From an uncultured Acidimicrobiaceae bacterium (GTDB lineage Bacteria; Actinomycetota; Acidimicrobiia; Acidimicrobiales; Aldehydirespiratoraceae), in the NCBI GenBank assembly GCA_913041415.1, contig CAJWHS010000001.1:3844-67843 (forward strand): a DNA stretch of 64,000 nt, read 5' to 3'. Under the pieces are notes generated by a model. The model was not told where the DNA came from, made no database searches, and was given only the letters and a program-made list of their open reading frames with translations. Position 1 is the stretch's first letter; each line of letters opens with the position of its first letter. Below, one piece after another: positions 17,636-25,510 of this stretch. The position numbers and the translations under genes are program-made.

Positions 17636-19183
17636 GTGAACTCCGACCGTGGACCGCTGTTTGAGATCGACGCCATAGCCGACGGCCATGCACTCCCCCG
17701 CGTGCTCATTGCGGCACTCGAGGAGACCAGTTCACCGGTCTGCATCACCACCGCCGACCTTGATGCGCCCGGCCCCACGATCGTGTACGTCAACCCGGCC
17801 TACAGCCAGATGACCCGCCGCAACCGCGCCGATGTGATCGGCCGATCCCCGCGAATCATGCAAGGGCCGCTCACCGACCGTGCCGTCCTCGATCGTCTCC
17901 GAGATGATCTCGCCGGCGGGCGGCCCTTCAGCGGCGAGACGATCAACTACCGCGCCGACGGCGAACCGTTCCACATCGCATGGAGCATCGACCCAGTGCT
18001 CGACGATCACGGTGTTGCCACCCACTATGTGGCAACCCAGCGAGATGTCACCGCCGAGGTTGTTGCGGAGCGGGTGCGTCTCGCCGAGGAGGGTCTCGAC
18101 ACTGCGCTCGTCGATGCACTCGGCTCGCCCTCGGACACCGAGGCTGCGCTTGCGCTCCTGCTCGACGCAGTCGCCGTCGGCGCAGGACGAGTCACCGGCT
18201 ACGGAACGGCCGAAGTGACATTGCGAGATCCGGCGCTCGGGCCGCTCCGAGCGAGCGCTGACACCAGTGCCGAGCCGCCGACGAATCCCAACGTCACCGT
18301 CGAGGTTCGAGTCCCGATGACGCGGGTCGATGGCGTGACGATCGGAAGAATCACCATCGGAAACCTCCGCGTCGACGAGCGCAACATGATCGATCGACCG
18401 AGCCTCAACCGGGTCGCCGAGCGGGCGGCAGCGGTAATCACCGGTCTTGCCGAGTACCAGCGTCAGCGGCGCACTGCCCTTCGCCTGCAGGAGGCGATGC
18501 TCCCCCGGGTCGATGTAGCGCCCGACGGCTTCGAGATCGTCAGTCGCTACATCCCCGGCGACGATGGCGTCTACGTCGGCGGCGACTGGTTCGACGTGAT
18601 CGAGACGCCAACCGCCATCGTCCTTGTCGTGGGTGACGTGAGCGGCCACGGCATCGAAGCCGCCACCACCATGGCGCGGCTCCAGATACTCACTGCCGCT
18701 GAGATCCGAGCGGGGCGGCCGATCGATCAGGTTTTCGACGTTCTCGACCGTGCGTGCCGCGACGACGCCACGATGGCCACGATGACACTCGCCACGATCT
18801 CGACCGGCAGCGAGGAAGCCCTGATCTGGTCGGCCGGACACCTTCCGCCGGTTTGCTTTGGGCCCAGTGGCGCGACGCTGGTCTCGGTTTGCCCGACCCC
18901 ACCGCTCGGACATCTACGGGGCGAACAACCAACCGCCACGACCACACCGCTCTCTGATGGCGAGAGCCTGCTCTTCTTCACCGACGGACTCGTCGAGCAA
19001 CGGCGGGAGCCCCTCCCCGAGGGACTCGATCGCCTCTGTGCTGCGCTCGCACGCGCCGTTGGCCCACTCGACGACATCGTCGATTCGGTCATCGCGTCTC
19101 GCAGCACCGAGGACGATACGGCGGTCGTGGCCGTTCGGCGGCGCCCGTCATCCGAGGAGGAAGAATCGCTATCACCTCGCTAG
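17636..19183 (+). CDS. PAS(LOV-like)-GAF-like-PP2C (SpoIIE/RsbU-type) phosphatase
   Basis: A GTG start at 17636 is assumed, since codons upstream end in A/T. The LOV-like block reads IVYVNPAYSQMT...GRSPRIMQG...INYRADGEPF...ATQRDVT. PP2C motifs are GGDWFDV and VGDVSGHG. Confidence 0.8.
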   Translation: MNSDRGPLFEIDAIADGHALPRVLIAALEETSSPVCITTADLDAPGPTIVYVNPAYSQMTRRNRADVIGRSPRIMQGPLTDRAVLDRLRDDLAGGRPFSGETINYRADGEPFHIAWSIDPVLDDHGVATHYVATQRDVTAEVVAERVRLAEEGLDTALVDALGSPSDTEAALALLLDAVAVGAGRVTGYGTAEVTLRDPALGPLRASADTSAEPPTNPNVTVEVRVPMTRVDGVTIGRITIGNLRVDERNMIDRPSLNRVAERAAAVITGLAEYQRQRRTALRLQEAMLPRVDVAPDGFEIVSRYIPGDDGVYVGGDWFDVIETPTAIVLVVGDVSGHGIEAATTMARLQILTAAEIRAGRPIDQVFDVLDRACRDDATMATMTLATISTGSEEALIWSAGHLPPVCFGPSGATLVSVCPTPPLGHLRGEQPTATTTPLSDGESLLFFTDGLVEQRREPLPEGLDRLCAALARAVGPLDDIVDSVIASRSTEDDTAVVAVRRRPSSEEEESLSPR

Positions 19184-19192
19184 TCTCCGCTC

Positions 19193-19513
19193 ATGGCTGC
19201 TGAGCTGCTCGTTGACGAACCAGGCCCCGATCTTCTCCGCGTGGTCGGAGAGATCGACACCCACACCGCCCCGACGCTTGCGGAGCGGCTTGCCGACGTT
19301 CCGGCTCACATGGCACTCGGCATCGACCTCACCAACACGAGTTTCATCTCGTCCGCAGGTCTCGCCGTGCTGCTCGCTGCTGCAGAACGACTCGAAGCTG
19401 GTGGCGGCTCGCTCCGCCTCCTCGGCGCAAGCGAGACCGTGGTCCGGCTGCTCGAGCTGTCAGGCCTCGCAGGCCGGCTGCCGCTCGCCGACGAGCTCGG
19501 CGACAACCACTGA
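19193..19513 (+). CDS. STAS-domain anti-sigma-factor antagonist (RsbV/SpoIIAA-like)
   Basis: 106 aa. DLTNTSFISSAGLAVLL resembles the phosphorylatable DSSG loop, followed by RLLGASETVVRLLELSGL. Confidence 0.85.
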   Translation: MAAELLVDEPGPDLLRVVGEIDTHTAPTLAERLADVPAHMALGIDLTNTSFISSAGLAVLLAAAERLEAGGGSLRLLGASETVVRLLELSGLAGRLPLADELGDNH

Positions 19514-19873
19514 CCGACCATTCTCGGTCCGCAGCCGCAGATCGGCGCTGAGCGCCGCCACGATTCGCAAACCGCGGCCCCGCGCACCCGACTCGGCCCA
19601 CGCGCTCGCGAGCACAGGCTCCTCGGCCCCACGGTCGTTGACGACCTCTACTCGCAAGGTCGGACCCTCAGCCACCACAGTCAGATCGATCGCCGGAGCG
19701 TCGGTGTGGTCGATTGCGTTGGCAACGAGTTCGGTGACCACGATGTCGACATCGACCGACGGCGGTCGATCAAGGTCGGGTCGGGCATTGAGCCACGCTC
19801 GAACCTCGTGTCGAAGCGACGACAGATCGAGGTGCGACGGAGGAATCGACGCGTGGAATGAGGCGGCAGACAT
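19460..19873 (-). CDS. RsbW/SpoIIAB-type anti-sigma serine kinase (HATPase_c)
   Basis: 137 aa with N-box VVTELVANAIDH, G1-like NDRGAEEP and G2 GRGLRIV. Confidence 0.8.
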   Translation of the reverse strand: MSAASFHASIPPSHLDLSSLRHEVRAWLNARPDLDRPPSVDVDIVVTELVANAIDHTDAPAIDLTVVAEGPTLRVEVVNDRGAEEPVLASAWAESGARGRGLRIVAALSADLRLRTENGRSVVVAELVGERQPACEA

Positions 19874-19976
19874 GACATGAGAAGTCTTGCCGTTCCGGAC
19901 GTCGATGAAACCAATAGCTGAGAGTCAGCCCCTTCACGACAGGTACGCTGTCGCCAATGTCCCTTGGAGTTACGTG

Positions 19977-20357
19977 ATGTCGCCGCCCCCCACCCCAGCC
20001 GTTCCCGACGAAGCGGTCGTCGTCTCGGTGCCCGCCGACCCCGCCTACTTTCGTGTGCTTCGTCTCACCGCTGTGGTGGTCGCCGGCGAGCTCCTCGATG
20101 TGGAAGCGGTCGAGGACGCCCAGATCGGCGTCGAGGAGGCGGCGTCGATCCTGCTCGACGCAGGGCCGACCAGTCGGATTGAGGCCTCCTTCTGGTGCTC
20201 GAACGAGCGGCTCAGCGTCCGGCTTCGAAGCGGGACCGGCCCCGTGGCGGACACTGCTGACGATTTCCGCCGCACGATCCTCTCGGCCGTCGTCGACAGC
20301 GTAGCGATCGACCACGTCGCCGGCGCAACGACGGTCGAGTTCGATAAATCGGCGTGA
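19977..20357 (+). CDS. UsfX/RsbW-like anti-sigma factor with a degenerate ATP site
   Basis: 126 aa from ATG 19977. It has the RsbW-like layout, but the N-box position reads VEEAASILLD with no Asn. Its stop overlaps the sigma gene's GTG (GTGA at 20354-20357). Confidence 0.6.
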   Translation: MSPPPTPAVPDEAVVVSVPADPAYFRVLRLTAVVVAGELLDVEAVEDAQIGVEEAASILLDAGPTSRIEASFWCSNERLSVRLRSGTGPVADTADDFRRTILSAVVDSVAIDHVAGATTVEFDKSA

Positions 20358-21046
20358 GCGACGCGCCACTTGACGACCGTTTCGTCCGCTTTGCCGCTAA
20401 CGGCGACGAGACGTTGCGCAACGAACTGGTGCTCGAGCATCAGGGGCTTGCGATCGCGTTCGCTCGCCGTTACGCCCGCAGCGGGCGTGACAATGATCTT
20501 GAACAAATCGCCCTCGAGGCGCTGATCCTCGCCATCAACCGCTTCGACCCCGAGCGAGAAGTTCGCTTTTCGACCTACGCCGCTCGAGTCATCGATGGTC
20601 GACTCAAGCAGCACTTCCGCGACGACGGTTGGGACATCCGGGTTCCCCGCTCGATCAAACAGCTCGCGGTCGCCGTCCGCTCGACAACCGGCGAGCTGAC
20701 CAACGAACTGGGCAGAGTGCCGTTACCCGCAGAGCTCGCCGACCGTCTCGGTGTCACGGTCGACCAGATCGCACTTGCGCTCGACGCAGCCAACGCCCAC
20801 CGAGCCGGCGAACTCGATACCGATCCATCCCACGACGAAACATGGGATGTCGTCGACACCGGCCTCGTTGTTCCCGAACTGCTCGACGGGCTGCCCGAGC
20901 AGGAACGTGCGGTCGTCTCCCTCCGGTTCTTCGGCGAGCTCTCCCAGAGTCAGATTGCGGAGCGGATCGGCGTCAGCCAAATGCAGGTGTCGCGCCTGCT
21001 TCGTCGTGCCCTGGTGAGACTCCGCACCGAGATCGGCGACGCCTGA
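20354..21046 (+). CDS. SigF/SigB-family group 3 sigma-70 factor
   Basis: Region 2 reads DLEQIALEALILAINRFDPEREVRFSTYA. Region 4 HTH reads SQSQIAERIGVSQMQVSRLLRRAL. Confidence 0.9.
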   Translation: MSDAPLDDRFVRFAANGDETLRNELVLEHQGLAIAFARRYARSGRDNDLEQIALEALILAINRFDPEREVRFSTYAARVIDGRLKQHFRDDGWDIRVPRSIKQLAVAVRSTTGELTNELGRVPLPAELADRLGVTVDQIALALDAANAHRAGELDTDPSHDETWDVVDTGLVVPELLDGLPEQERAVVSLRFFGELSQSQIAERIGVSQMQVSRLLRRALVRLRTEIGDA

Positions 21047-21351
21047 CAGAGTGGCGAGTCGGCGTTCGTGCCGGCATGATGGCCGTGGCGGGCGGATCAA
21101 CCTGGGTCAGAGGGCAGCATTGACATGCAGCTTCCCCACACCCCCCTCGGCGTAGGGCCCCCAAGGAGCAGAGTTCGACTCACACCGAGACGTCTCGCCA
21201 CCACCATCCTGATGGACCCGACCGCCACAGCGACCCTCACCCTAGGGAAGGTCGCATGTGAACGAAAAGGGAACTTCATGTGGATTGCGCGGGGATTTCG
21301 CGGCGCTTGTCCACAAGCGTTCACAACCCCGTCGCGGTACGGTCAATCTTC

Positions 21352-22101
21352 GTGCGCCAACTGCTTCCCACCCCACTCGACGCGGTCGACCCGCTCACCC
21401 TCTATCCCTTCGATCATCGCCCCCGCCCGAGCAGCCGACCGTGGCTCATGGCGAACATGGTGGCGAGTGTCGATGGCGCGATCGCGATCGACGGTGTGAG
21501 CGGTGGGCTCGGCGGTGATGGTGACTCGATGGCCTTCCGGGCGATCCGAGCGAGCTGCGACTGGATCGTGGCGGCGGCGGGCACCATTCGGGCCGAGCGC
21601 TATCGGATCCCCCGAGCCACGGAGGAAACCGCAGCAGTGCGCGTCGTCACGGGCCGCAGTGAAGCACCGCGACTTGCGGTGGTGAGCGCTTCGGTCGATC
21701 TCGACCCCGAACTCCCGCTCTTCGCAGACCAGCGCGACGGCGAGGCCTGGCCGCTCGTGATCACCGGCGCAAACCCGCCGGCGGATCGCGTCGAGGCCCT
21801 CGAGGGACGAGCCGAGTGGCATCACACCGATACGGAACGCCCGACCGCTGAGGGTGTGCTTGCTGCGCTCGGCGAACGGGGTGCGGACGTGGTGCTCGCC
21901 GAAGGTGGCCCGATGTTCAATGGTCAGCTGGTCGACAGCGGCTTCATCGACGAACTCTGCCTTTCGATCTCGCCACACCTGGTGGGCGGAGGCTCCAGCC
22001 GTATCGTCAACGGAAGCGCAGCCACGATCCCTGCCGACCTGCGGCTGGATCGCTTGCTCGAACACGACGATGCACTATTCGCCCGATACGTCCGGGCGTG
22101 A
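21352..22101 (+). CDS. RibD C-terminal domain / dihydrofolate reductase-like pyrimidine reductase family protein
   Basis: Motifs NMVASVDGAIA and VLAEGGPMFNGQLVDSGFIDELCLSISPHLVGGG. GTG start assumed at 21352. Confidence 0.7.
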   Translation: MRQLLPTPLDAVDPLTLYPFDHRPRPSSRPWLMANMVASVDGAIAIDGVSGGLGGDGDSMAFRAIRASCDWIVAAAGTIRAERYRIPRATEETAAVRVVTGRSEAPRLAVVSASVDLDPELPLFADQRDGEAWPLVITGANPPADRVEALEGRAEWHHTDTERPTAEGVLAALGERGADVVLAEGGPMFNGQLVDSGFIDELCLSISPHLVGGGSSRIVNGSAATIPADLRLDRLLEHDDALFARYVRA

Positions 22102-22110
22102 CCGGCAGGC

Positions 22111-22575
22111 TCAGTCGAGCCAGTGGACCGGCACCACAAGCTGCTGGCCAGGCTGAATCTGGGATCCACCAGCAAGATCGCTGAGCTGGTCGACGAGTGC
22201 CCGGGGATCGCTCTCTGGCGCGAGGGCGCTTGCAATACCCCACAGGGTGTCACCGGGCTGCACGACAACGCTGACCGACTCGGTGAGCTGACCCTCGGGG
22301 GTCGGCGTGGCGTCGGCCTGCTGCATGAAGGACGCCACCCCGAGCACGAGGCCGACCACTATGGCCAGCACTGCAAGCCGGCGACGCCGATAGACGTTCG
22401 CTTGATCGGTGACCGGCAGGCGGTAAACGACGGCCAAGGGCGCAACCTCGGCGGGCGTCTCATCGAGTGCCGGCACGATCTGCAACGCCGGACGCTGGGC
22501 CGGGGCAAGCGCGGGATCGTCAACGGTGCGGGGCCGGAAGGTGGTCTGCAGGGCGGGAGCGAAAGCAGCGGTCAT
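22111..22575 (-). CDS. LysM-domain protein divergent from lexA (ChiZ/Rv2719c-like position)
   Basis: C-terminal LysM domain (VVVQPGDTLWGIASAL...IQPGQQLVVP) and one TM segment. The ATG at 22575 lies 7 nt after a -10-like hexamer. Divergent pairing with lexA matches the mycobacterial arrangement. Confidence 0.7.
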   Translation of the reverse strand: MTAAFAPALQTTFRPRTVDDPALAPAQRPALQIVPALDETPAEVAPLAVVYRLPVTDQANVYRRRRLAVLAIVVGLVLGVASFMQQADATPTPEGQLTESVSVVVQPGDTLWGIASALAPESDPRALVDQLSDLAGGSQIQPGQQLVVPVHWLD

Positions 22576-22582
22576 GGCAGTC

Positions 22583-22604
22583 AGTCTCTTCAGGGGGTGT
22601 GACA
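22583..22604 (-). promoter_or_regulatory. RecA-NDp-like promoter element upstream of the LysM gene
   Basis: Gene strand reads TGTCACAC-CCCCTGAA-GAGACT, then 7 nt, then ATG, which fits a leaderless transcript. Confidence 0.5.
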
Positions 22605-22685
22605 CACCCATGGGCGATGGAAGGTTGTCACCGCCCTGGACCCCTCCAAAAGGAATTCGGAGCGGAGTTCCCGGGTACTTGACAC

Positions 22686-22754
22686 CGAACGAATGTTTGG
22701 CGAACATGTGTGCGGCGAACAACCGTTCGATCATTTAACCCGAACACCTGTTCG
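22686..22754. promoter_or_regulatory. LexA operator cluster (SOS boxes)
   Basis: Perfect GAAC-N4-GTTC palindromes CGAACAACCGTTCG (22716-22729) and CGAACACCTGTTCG (22741-22754). Degenerate copies are CGAACGAATGTTTG (22686-22699) and CGAACATGTGTGCG (22701-22714). A TTGACA hexamer lies at 22679-22684. Confidence 0.85.
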
Positions 22755-22839
22755 TTTGTCAACCATCGATCACAAGAAATCCCCACCTTGTCCACAGGCC
22801 GCCCGCCAGGGGTGGGAAAACGGCCCAACGGAGGTCCCT

Positions 22840-23469
22840 ATGCCCGACTCACTCACCACTCGACAGCGAGAAATCCTCGACTGCATCGTCGAGCATCAGA
22901 ACGACCGGGGCTACCCCCCGTCGGTGCGTGAGATCGGCGAGGCGGTCGGCCTGAAGTCCCCGGCAACCGTCAAGGCCCACCTCGACAACCTCAAAGACGC
23001 TGGCTATCTCGTGCGCGACCCTGCCAAGCCCCGCGCCATCCAGGTGCGCTACGAAGGCCTTTCCGGTGCGAGCGCCGAGCGCCGCCCCGTCCGCCATGTC
23101 CCACTCGTCGGCGACGTCGCCGCCGGCACCGATGTGCTCGCCTCCGAGAACATCGAAGAGGTCGTCCCGATGCCGGCCGACCTCACCGGCGACGGCGAGC
23201 TGTTCATGCTGCGAGTACGAGGCGAATCGATGATCGACATCGGGATCTTCGACGGTGACTTCGTGGTCTGCCAGAGCCAGACCACCGCCACGAAGGGTGA
23301 CATCGTCATCGCTGGTATCCCTGGCGAGGAAGCCACGGTGAAGACCTACCAGGAGCGCGACGGCAAGATCGTGCTCGTGCCCCACAACGCATCGCTCAGC
23401 GATATGGTGTTTGATCCGGCCGAGGTGCAGATCTTCGGTAAGGTCGTCACTATGATGCGCAAGCTCTGA
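22840..23469 (+). CDS. lexA: LexA repressor
   Basis: ATG at 22840 follows a GGAGG RBS. It has an N-terminal wHTH (LTTRQREILDCI...SVREIG) and the S24 peptidase motifs RVRGESM and GKVV. Confidence 0.95.
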   Translation: MPDSLTTRQREILDCIVEHQNDRGYPPSVREIGEAVGLKSPATVKAHLDNLKDAGYLVRDPAKPRAIQVRYEGLSGASAERRPVRHVPLVGDVAAGTDVLASENIEEVVPMPADLTGDGELFMLRVRGESMIDIGIFDGDFVVCQSQTTATKGDIVIAGIPGEEATVKTYQERDGKIVLVPHNASLSDMVFDPAEVQIFGKVVTMMRKL

Positions 23470-23535
23470 TCCGAGCAGAGCGAGCGGCCTACTCGCCCCG
23501 TCCACCGAACCGCTGTACGGCCGGGCGGCTGAAGA

Positions 23536-24630
23536 TCAGACGCCGTTGGTGATCACGTCGAGCAGCGCAGCGTGGGTGTCGACCACCCACGCTCGCTCGA
23601 CATATTCGCTCTGGGTGTGCGCGATGGTGGCGTCGCCAGGGCCAAAATTCGAAGCGGGCACACCCCGCTCGGCAAAGAACGCAACGTCGGTCCAGCCCAG
23701 CTTGGCGCGCACCTCGAGGCCGTTCCGTTCGACGAGCGCCTCGATGAGCGGATCACCGAGTCCGGGTCGGGCGGCGGGCGAGAGATCGGTGACCTCGACG
23801 GTGTCGCCGTCCTCCAGCGCCGGTGCGAGCACGGAATGCACGTGGGCCACGGCCTCCTCGCTGGATCGATCGGGGGCAAAACGATGGTTGATCCGCACCA
23901 TGGCCGAGTCGGGCACGACATTGCCGGCAACGCCACCTTCGACATGCACCGCTTGCAGTGCCTCGCTGTACTCGCACCCTTCGACGACGGGATGGCGGGC
24001 CTCGTAGGCCCCGACGATCGCAAGAAGCTCACCAAGGCGATGAATCGCATTGCGTCCCATCCACGGGCGAGCGGTGTGGGCTCGGGCTCCCTGAAGGGTG
24101 ACTTCGACCCGCAGGGTTCCCTGGCAACCGGCTTCGAGCGCCCCGAGGGTCGGCTCGCCGAGCAAGGCGATATCGCCATGGAGCAGATCGGGTCGCTCGG
24201 CTTCGATCTCGCGCAGCCCGTTGTGGATCACCGCCACTTCCTCGCGCGCGTAGAACACGTAGGTGAGGTCGACGGCTGGTTCGGTGACGGTGCGGGCGAG
24301 CTCGAGCATCGTCGCCAGTCCGCCCTTCATGTCGCTGGTGCCAACGCCGTACATTCGGTCGCCCTCGATGCGGGCCACGGCGTTGCCACTGGCCGGCACG
24401 GTGTCGGTGTGGCCACCGAGAACGAGTCGCCGATCACGGCCGAGCATGGTGCGGGCGACCAGGTTATCGCCGATGCGATCGACGGTGAGGTGTGGGCACG
24501 CCCGAAGCTCCGCCTCGATGACCGCCACGATTTCCTGCTCGTTGAAGCTTTCGGACGCGATGTCGACGAGCGCGGCCGTGAGGGCGAACACGTCGCCGGT
24601 GGGCAGCCTCGGGGCGAGCACGTCGGTCAC
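23536..24630 (-). CDS. dapE: Succinyl-diaminopimelate desuccinylase (M20)
   Basis: GTG at 24630 lies 4 nt after the dapD stop. Motifs are LGGHTDTVP and EEV, with an M20 dimerisation domain. Confidence 0.85.
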   Translation of the reverse strand: MTDVLAPRLPTGDVFALTAALVDIASESFNEQEIVAVIEAELRACPHLTVDRIGDNLVARTMLGRDRRLVLGGHTDTVPASGNAVARIEGDRMYGVGTSDMKGGLATMLELARTVTEPAVDLTYVFYAREEVAVIHNGLREIEAERPDLLHGDIALLGEPTLGALEAGCQGTLRVEVTLQGARAHTARPWMGRNAIHRLGELLAIVGAYEARHPVVEGCEYSEALQAVHVEGGVAGNVVPDSAMVRINHRFAPDRSSEEAVAHVHSVLAPALEDGDTVEVTDLSPAARPGLGDPLIEALVERNGLEVRAKLGWTDVAFFAERGVPASNFGPGDATIAHTQSEYVERAWVVDTHAALLDVITNGV

Positions 24631-24634
24631 GAGA

Positions 24635-25459
24635 TCAGACCGCTTGCCCGTGATCGCGGAGGATGTCGTTGAGGGTGGACTTGTCGTGTCGCTGCCCCTC
24701 TTCGAGACGCTTGAGGACGAGCACCGCAGGAAGTCCGAACTCACCGCCCGGGAAGCGCTTCGGGCGGGTGCCGGCGACGGCGACGCACCAGGACGGCACC
24801 TCGCCTCGACCGAGTTCCTCACCCGTCTCGACATCGATCACGGGCATGGAGCCGGTGAGGATCGCGCCGGCGCCGAGCACCGTGCCCTCACCCACCCGGG
24901 CACCCTCGGCCACGATGGCCCGACTGCCGATCATGCACTCATTACCGATCATCACGGGAGCGGCCTGAGCGGGCTCGAGCACGCCACCGATCCCGACGCC
25001 ACCGGACAGATGGACGTTCTTGCCGATCTGGGCGCACGAACCGACGGTGGCCCACGTGTCGACCATGGTGCCTTCGCCGACGTAGGCGCCAATGTTGGTG
25101 TAGCTCGGCATCATCACCACGCCGGGGGCCTGATAGCTACCCCACCGGGCCTGGGCTCCGGGCACCACGCGGACACCGCGCTCCATGTAGTCGCTCTTGA
25201 GGGGGATCTTGTCGGCGTACTCGAACGGTGCGTGTTCGATGGTCTCCATCTTGGAGATTTTGAACAGCAACAGGACGGCGTATTTGCACCACTGGTTCAC
25301 GGTGACCGAGCCGTCGAGGTTCCACTCCGCAACACGGGCCGCGCCGGTGTCGAGGGCGTCGATCGCCTCGTGCACGGTGGCGACGACCTCCAGGTCGTGG
25401 GCGCCCAGGCTGTCGCGGTCCTCCCACAGGACTTCGATCCGAGATTGCAGATCACTCAT
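24635..25459 (-). CDS. dapD: Tetrahydrodipicolinate N-succinyltransferase
   Basis: 274 aa with left-handed beta-helix hexapeptide repeats. The N-terminus MSDLQSRIEVLWE is typical of DapD. Confidence 0.9.
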   Translation of the reverse strand: MSDLQSRIEVLWEDRDSLGAHDLEVVATVHEAIDALDTGAARVAEWNLDGSVTVNQWCKYAVLLLFKISKMETIEHAPFEYADKIPLKSDYMERGVRVVPGAQARWGSYQAPGVVMMPSYTNIGAYVGEGTMVDTWATVGSCAQIGKNVHLSGGVGIGGVLEPAQAAPVMIGNECMIGSRAIVAEGARVGEGTVLGAGAILTGSMPVIDVETGEELGRGEVPSWCVAVAGTRPKRFPGGEFGLPAVLVLKRLEEGQRHDKSTLNDILRDHGQAV

Positions 25460-25510
25460 AGGGCAGCAGGCTAGCTGGGCGATTCCGACAGGCCGTGGTC
25501 GGCGAGTCGC

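Noticed and set aside
21137-21158. CACACCCCCCTCGGCGTAGGGC as a fourth copy of the RecA-NDp-like element.
   Set aside because: It lacks the (T/G)GTCA core, its spacer is 3 nt longer, and it lies about 190 nt from the next start codon. It is kept only as a note in the spacer finding.
21047-21351. FMN (RFN) riboswitch upstream of the RibD-C-like gene.
   Set aside because: I could not find the conserved RFN core (AGGGTGAAATTCC...GATCTGGT...) by eye. The downstream gene is a RibD-C/DHFR-family paralogue, not a rib operon.
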